A DNA stretch of 64,000 nucleotides. Source: Armatimonadota bacterium. Its GTDB lineage: Bacteria > Armatimonadota > HRBIN16. The stretch spans positions 3,008,001-3,072,000 of the forward strand of contig OY781964.1 of NCBI GenBank assembly GCA_963677485.1, read 5' to 3'. The notes beneath the pieces are model-generated. The model did not search any database and had not been told where the DNA came from. It saw only the letters and a program-made list of their open reading frames with translations. Of this stretch, positions 59,580 through 64,000 are shown piece by piece. A program made the translations under genes and the position numbers. The stretch's first letter is position 1; every line of letters starts with the position of its first letter.

Positions 59580-62405
59580 GTGAAATACAGCAAAATAGTG
59601 CAGCGATGCTTGTCACTGGTAATCATGATGGCGACTATGTCCGTATACGCACAAACTGGAACGATCGAAACCTGGGGATCACAGCGTATCGCACCGGGTG
59701 AATTGTCAGGTTTTACCCAAATCTCTGGTGGCGCTCAACATTCTGCGGGGCTGAATGCTGACGGCTCGGTAGTCTGTTGGGGTTACAACGATAACGGGCA
59801 GTGCGATGTACCGGCTCCAAACACAGGGTTCATTTCGGTATCTGCTGCAAGATATCATACTGTCGGATTGAAAAAGGATGGCACGGTGGTCTCCTGGGGA
59901 GCAGACTTCTATGGACTACTCACAACCCCAAGTCCTAACCAGGATTTCGTGGCGATATCGGCCGGCGACACCCATACCGTGGGACTTAAGCGAAATGGAT
60001 CCGTCGTTTGTTGGGGAAATCACGTGGATGGCCGATGCAACATACCGGCTCCTAACAGTAACTTCATCGCCATTGCAGCAGGAGGTCTGCATTCAGCAGG
60101 CTTAAAATCTGATGGATCGATCATCTGCTGGGGTGACAACACTCATGGGCAATGCATCGTGCCTGCACCCAACTCGGACTTCATTGCAGTCGCCACCGGT
60201 TACTTCCACACCGTTGGATTGAAGCGTAATGGCACAGTGGTCTGTTGGGGCATCAACCAGGATGGGCAGTGCAACATACCATCACCTAACCAGGGATTCA
60301 TCGCAATCTCGGCTAGCAATGGCGGCACCACGGCAGTAAGAAGTGATGGTTCGGTGGTATCCTGGGGTTCTGGTGGTGCGTACGTGGGTAACATCTCGGC
60401 GCCAAGTCATGATTTGACCGCTATCTCATCATCATACCTGCATACAATTGGGGTACGGTCAGACGGATCATTATCCTGCTGGGGTAATAACTATTTTGGC
60501 CAAAACAGTGTGCCCGTACCTAATCAAGACTTCATATCCGCTGTTGCTGGTTGGGAACACTCAGTTGGATTGAAACGTGATGGTAGAATTGTGGCTTGGG
60601 GCAATAATAGCAGTGGTCAGTGTAATGTGCCTGCTCCGAACGAAAACTTCACAACCATAGCCGCAGGTCCATTCCACTCAGCAGCTATAAAAATAGACAG
60701 CTCAGTGGTCTCCTGGGGAGATGATAGCTACGGGCAATGTAATGTGCCTACACCCAACCAAGACTTCATCTCGGTTACAGCAGGATATTACCATACCGTA
60801 GGGCTAAAAGGAAATGGCTCCGTCGTCTGCTGGGGCACCAACTTCTATGAGCAGTGCAGCGTTCCGGAACCAAACCAGGATTTCGCAGCCATTTCAACCG
60901 GGATTCTACATTCGGTAGGATTGAAGAAAGATGGCTCAGTGGTTTGTTGGGGCGATAATGGCAAGGGGCAGTGTAGTGTTCCAGCTCCGAATCAGGATTT
61001 TGTAGCTATAACGGCCGGGGGATACTTTACTGCTGGTTTGAAGAAAGATGGTTCGGTAGTCTGCTGGGGGAGTAATGATTTTAATCAGCTCAGTCTGCCT
61101 ACTCCCAACAAAGACTTCATTGCCATCACGGCTACTTACGGTGGGGTAGATGGACTTAGAAGTGACGGTACGGTTGTGTCTTGGGGAGGCACCAGCGGCG
61201 GACAACCACGTGACACAATCCCAAATCACAATTTCGTCGCTATATCCGAAAGTCCTAACCATACGGCGGCATTAACCAGCGATGGATCAGTCATGTGCTG
61301 GGGTGATAATAGTAAAGGGCAGTGTTACATACCCATTCCCAACCAGAGCTTCACTGCCGTTGCTGTCGGGAGTTCCCACACAGCAGGCTTGAAGAGCGAC
61401 GGTACGGTGATTTGCTGGGGAGATAACAGCAAAGGGCAGAGTAGCCTTCCGGTTCCAAACACCAACTTCACGGCCATATCGGCAGCCAACTACAATACCG
61501 CTGGGCTGAAGTCCGACGGTTCGATTTCCTGCTGGGGCGATAACAGCAGTGGACAGTGCAACGTTCCGGCACCTAACACGGGTTATCGCGCGGTGGCCTC
61601 AGGCAACGCCCATACCATCGGTTTGAAGAGCAACGGTACAGTGGTCTGCTGGGGTGACAACAGTTCATTCCAGGCCGCCGTGCCAGAACCCAACCAGGGT
61701 TATATCGCCGTAGCTGCCGGAAGCAGCCATTCGATCGGATTGCGGTCAGACGGTTCAGTTATCTGCTGGGGAAGCAACAACATCGGACAATGTGACGTGC
61801 CATTTCCCAACCAGGACTTCGTGGCGATCGCAGCGGGCGGTAACGGCACGTTGGGGCTGAAACGTGATGGTTCGCTGGTGGCTTGGGGCGATAATAGTAA
61901 AAATCAAAACATCATTCCTAAACCCAACTCTGGGTTCATCGCGATGTCCGCATGTTCAAATCGAGTGTCCGCCATCCGCGGCACGCGAAACATCAGCGGT
62001 CAGGTGCAACTGGGCGGCTTCCTGGCGCCGCTGCCTTCGCAGCGGCTGACGGCCTGGATCGCCAGCGCGTCAGACCCCTCGGCCACGCAGTGCCTCAGCC
62101 TGCTGCCGGATGCCAGCGGCAACTACACGCTCTCAAGCTACCTGCAGCCTCCGTACGACATCAAGGTCAGCAGTCCGCACTTCCTGACGGCCAAATCGGC
62201 TGTTGTGGCCGCAGGCCAGAACGCGAACTTCGCGCTTACCAATGGTGATGCCAACGGCGACAACCAGATCAACCTGTTCGACTTCGTGGTGCTGGACTCC
62301 AAGTTCGGCTCCGCTGATTCGATGGCCGACCTGGATGGTAACGGTCAGGTGAACCTGTTCGACTACGTGATCATCGACCAGCACTTCGGTGCTCAGGGGG
62401 AATAA
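59580..62405 (+). CDS. Secreted protein: 20 RCC1/BLIP-II-like blades + dockerin-like tail
   Basis: GTG start after GGGAG, signal peptide ending VYA, 20 repeats counted, same tail. Confidence 0.87.
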   Translation: MKYSKIVQRCLSLVIMMATMSVYAQTGTIETWGSQRIAPGELSGFTQISGGAQHSAGLNADGSVVCWGYNDNGQCDVPAPNTGFISVSAARYHTVGLKKDGTVVSWGADFYGLLTTPSPNQDFVAISAGDTHTVGLKRNGSVVCWGNHVDGRCNIPAPNSNFIAIAAGGLHSAGLKSDGSIICWGDNTHGQCIVPAPNSDFIAVATGYFHTVGLKRNGTVVCWGINQDGQCNIPSPNQGFIAISASNGGTTAVRSDGSVVSWGSGGAYVGNISAPSHDLTAISSSYLHTIGVRSDGSLSCWGNNYFGQNSVPVPNQDFISAVAGWEHSVGLKRDGRIVAWGNNSSGQCNVPAPNENFTTIAAGPFHSAAIKIDSSVVSWGDDSYGQCNVPTPNQDFISVTAGYYHTVGLKGNGSVVCWGTNFYEQCSVPEPNQDFAAISTGILHSVGLKKDGSVVCWGDNGKGQCSVPAPNQDFVAITAGGYFTAGLKKDGSVVCWGSNDFNQLSLPTPNKDFIAITATYGGVDGLRSDGTVVSWGGTSGGQPRDTIPNHNFVAISESPNHTAALTSDGSVMCWGDNSKGQCYIPIPNQSFTAVAVGSSHTAGLKSDGTVICWGDNSKGQSSLPVPNTNFTAISAANYNTAGLKSDGSISCWGDNSSGQCNVPAPNTGYRAVASGNAHTIGLKSNGTVVCWGDNSSFQAAVPEPNQGYIAVAAGSSHSIGLRSDGSVICWGSNNIGQCDVPFPNQDFVAIAAGGNGTLGLKRDGSLVAWGDNSKNQNIIPKPNSGFIAMSACSNRVSAIRGTRNISGQVQLGGFLAPLPSQRLTAWIASASDPSATQCLSLLPDASGNYTLSSYLQPPYDIKVSSPHFLTAKSAVVAAGQNANFALTNGDANGDNQINLFDFVVLDSKFGSADSMADLDGNGQVNLFDYVIIDQHFGAQGE

Positions 62406-62415
62406 GGGATCAACT

Positions 62416-64000
62416 ATGAAAATCAATGCTGTCATCATATCTGGCTTAACGTTGCTGTGCCTGACGGTATCGGCTTCTGTACTGGCTCAAAGTGGCACGA
62501 TCGAAACCTGGGGTGTACAACGCATGACCCCTGGCGATCTTAACGGGTTTGCATCAATCGCAGCCGGGGGGAAACACCTCATCGGGCTGAAACGAGACGG
62601 CTCTGTTTGCGGGTGGGGTTCAAATGCGTTCAACCAAAGCAGTGTCGCCGGGCCTGGCCACGACACGGTCGCCATAGCAGCAGGCCTTGAACACACGCTG
62701 GCACTGCAACGCGATGGCTCCGTGGCAAGTTGGGGACATAATGATGTCGGACAGTGCAACATACCCGCACCCAACCAGGATTTCATCGGCATCTCAGCAG
62801 GAGCTCGTCACTCTGTCGGTTTGAAGAGTGACGGCACTGTTGTTGTATGGGGTGACAACCTGTTGGAGCAGCAAATCGTACCAGAACCCAACCAAGACTT
62901 CACTGCAGTCGCAGCGGGGTATAACTTCACATTGGGACTAAAAAGAAACGGCTCAATAGTCGGTTGGGGCGCAAACGGTAGCAGGCAGTGTTTTGTGCCT
63001 GAACCCAACCAGGATTTCACATCCATCGCTGCAGGATCAACAATGTCCATAGGGTTGAAAAGTAATGGTACGGTGGTCTGCTGGGGGATCAATGATTTCG
63101 GTCAACTCGCATTGCCGGAGATCAATCAAGACTTCACCCGTGTTGCGATGGGATACAGCCATTTCGTCGGACTCAAAAGCGATGGGTCGATCTATTGTTG
63201 GGGGAACAATGCCAACGGCCAGTGTGATGTGCCCAGCCCAAATAGTGACTTTGTGGCCATCACGGCGGGCGCCCTTTATACCGCGGGGTTAAAGCGTGAT
63301 GGTTCTGTTGTGGTGTGGGGTGATACAAGCAATGGTGAAGCCAATCTGCCCGGGCCTAACTCGAATTTCAGTGCCGTCGCTGCAGGATACGCCCATAACA
63401 TAGGCTTGAAAACTGATGGTTCGGTCTTTTGTTGGGGTAAGGACGAATATGGCCAATGCACACTACCTGCTGACAACACGGATTTCGTGAGTATAGCAGC
63501 CGGTAAATACCACTCCGTCGGGCTCAAACGCGGGGGCTCTGTCGTTTGCTGGGGATATGATGATGACGGCGAATGCACCGTTCCAGCGCCTAACCAGGAC
63601 TTTACCGCCGTCGCCGCAGGCTATTTCCACACTGTCGGACTTAAGAATACGGGCGCTGTGGTTTGTTGGGGACTCGATTCAAGCGGCCAATGCACGGTTC
63701 CTGCTCCCAACCAGGATTTCACCGCGGTTGCCACGGGTTATGCTTTCTCCGCAGGGTTAAAAAGCGACGGATCCATCGTTTGCTGGGGGAGTAACTCTGT
63801 CGGCCAATGCACAGTTCCCGCACCTAACCAGAATTTCACTGCCGTTACTGCTGGGAATTCACACACAATTGGGCTGAAGAGCGATGGCTCAGTGGTGTGT
63901 TGGGGCAGTAATACGAACGGCCAGTGCACCGTGCCAGAACCTAACCAGGATTTCGTAGCTATTTCCGCAGGACCTGCCCATTCGGTCGGTCTGAAACGCG
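62416..64000 (+). CDS. Fifth RCC1/BLIP-II-like repeat protein; 3'-truncated by the window edge and absent from the ORF track
   Basis: ATG at 62416 reads MKINAVIISGLTLLCLTVSASVLAQSGTIETWGVQRMTPGDLNGF..., and the 117-bp repeats continue to the end of the window. Confidence 0.85.
   Translation, partial: MKINAVIISGLTLLCLTVSASVLAQSGTIETWGVQRMTPGDLNGFASIAAGGKHLIGLKRDGSVCGWGSNAFNQSSVAGPGHDTVAIAAGLEHTLALQRDGSVASWGHNDVGQCNIPAPNQDFIGISAGARHSVGLKSDGTVVVWGDNLLEQQIVPEPNQDFTAVAAGYNFTLGLKRNGSIVGWGANGSRQCFVPEPNQDFTSIAAGSTMSIGLKSNGTVVCWGINDFGQLALPEINQDFTRVAMGYSHFVGLKSDGSIYCWGNNANGQCDVPSPNSDFVAITAGALYTAGLKRDGSVVVWGDTSNGEANLPGPNSNFSAVAAGYAHNIGLKTDGSVFCWGKDEYGQCTLPADNTDFVSIAAGKYHSVGLKRGGSVVCWGYDDDGECTVPAPNQDFTAVAAGYFHTVGLKNTGAVVCWGLDSSGQCTVPAPNQDFTAVATGYAFSAGLKSDGSIVCWGSNSVGQCTVPAPNQNFTAVTAGNSHTIGLKSDGSVVCWGSNTNGQCTVPEPNQDFVAISAGPAHSVGLKR

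Noticed and set aside
53947-62405. Diversity-generating retroelement TR/VR pairs in the repeated 3' ends
   Set aside because: Differences are mostly synonymous and not adenine-specific, all copies are coding, and no reverse transcriptase or Avd gene is in the window.
52300-64000. CRISPR-like periodicity (~117 bp)
   Set aside because: The repeats are in-frame degenerate protein repeats with third-position variation. There are no identical direct repeats with unique spacers and no cas genes.

Overview
Chromosomal window from a moderately GC-rich, probably diderm (TolC present) and anaerobe-leaning bacterium. The C-terminal tails of its secreted proteins suggest Armatimonadota, but that is inference. 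Contents in order: two tandem GH32 fructan hydrolases; an AT-rich orphan membrane gene; tRNA-Gly(CCC); an alginate-lyase-family gene; idi; a PadR regulator divergent from an 'orange protein'-like NifB/NifX + MinD/4Fe-4S ATPase cluster; a peroxiredoxin; three secreted proteins with a dockerin-like tail; an SGNH esterase; cysD-cysNC with a convergent sulfotransferase; two IPT/TIG-repeat surface proteins; a GH78 rhamnosidase; a two-component system with a TolC/MacAB-like exporter; three acyl-CoA ligases; and an array of at least 5 RCC1/BLIP-II-like beta-propeller proteins. The most striking signal is a modular secreted-protein system. Seven complete proteins with unrelated N-terminal cargo end in a near-invariant two-repeat dockerin-like tag (NLFD...NLFD...FGAQ[GA][DE]), and the propeller cargo is built from 39-aa blades in near-exact multiples of seven with variable loops. 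Also seen: a ~21-bp operator shared by the padR/orp and prx promoters, a conserved operator-promoter-leader unit before both TIG genes, and several REP/MITE-like palindrome families. No CRISPR array, transposase, integrase or reverse transcriptase was seen. All calls come from reading motifs by eye; no database searches were run.
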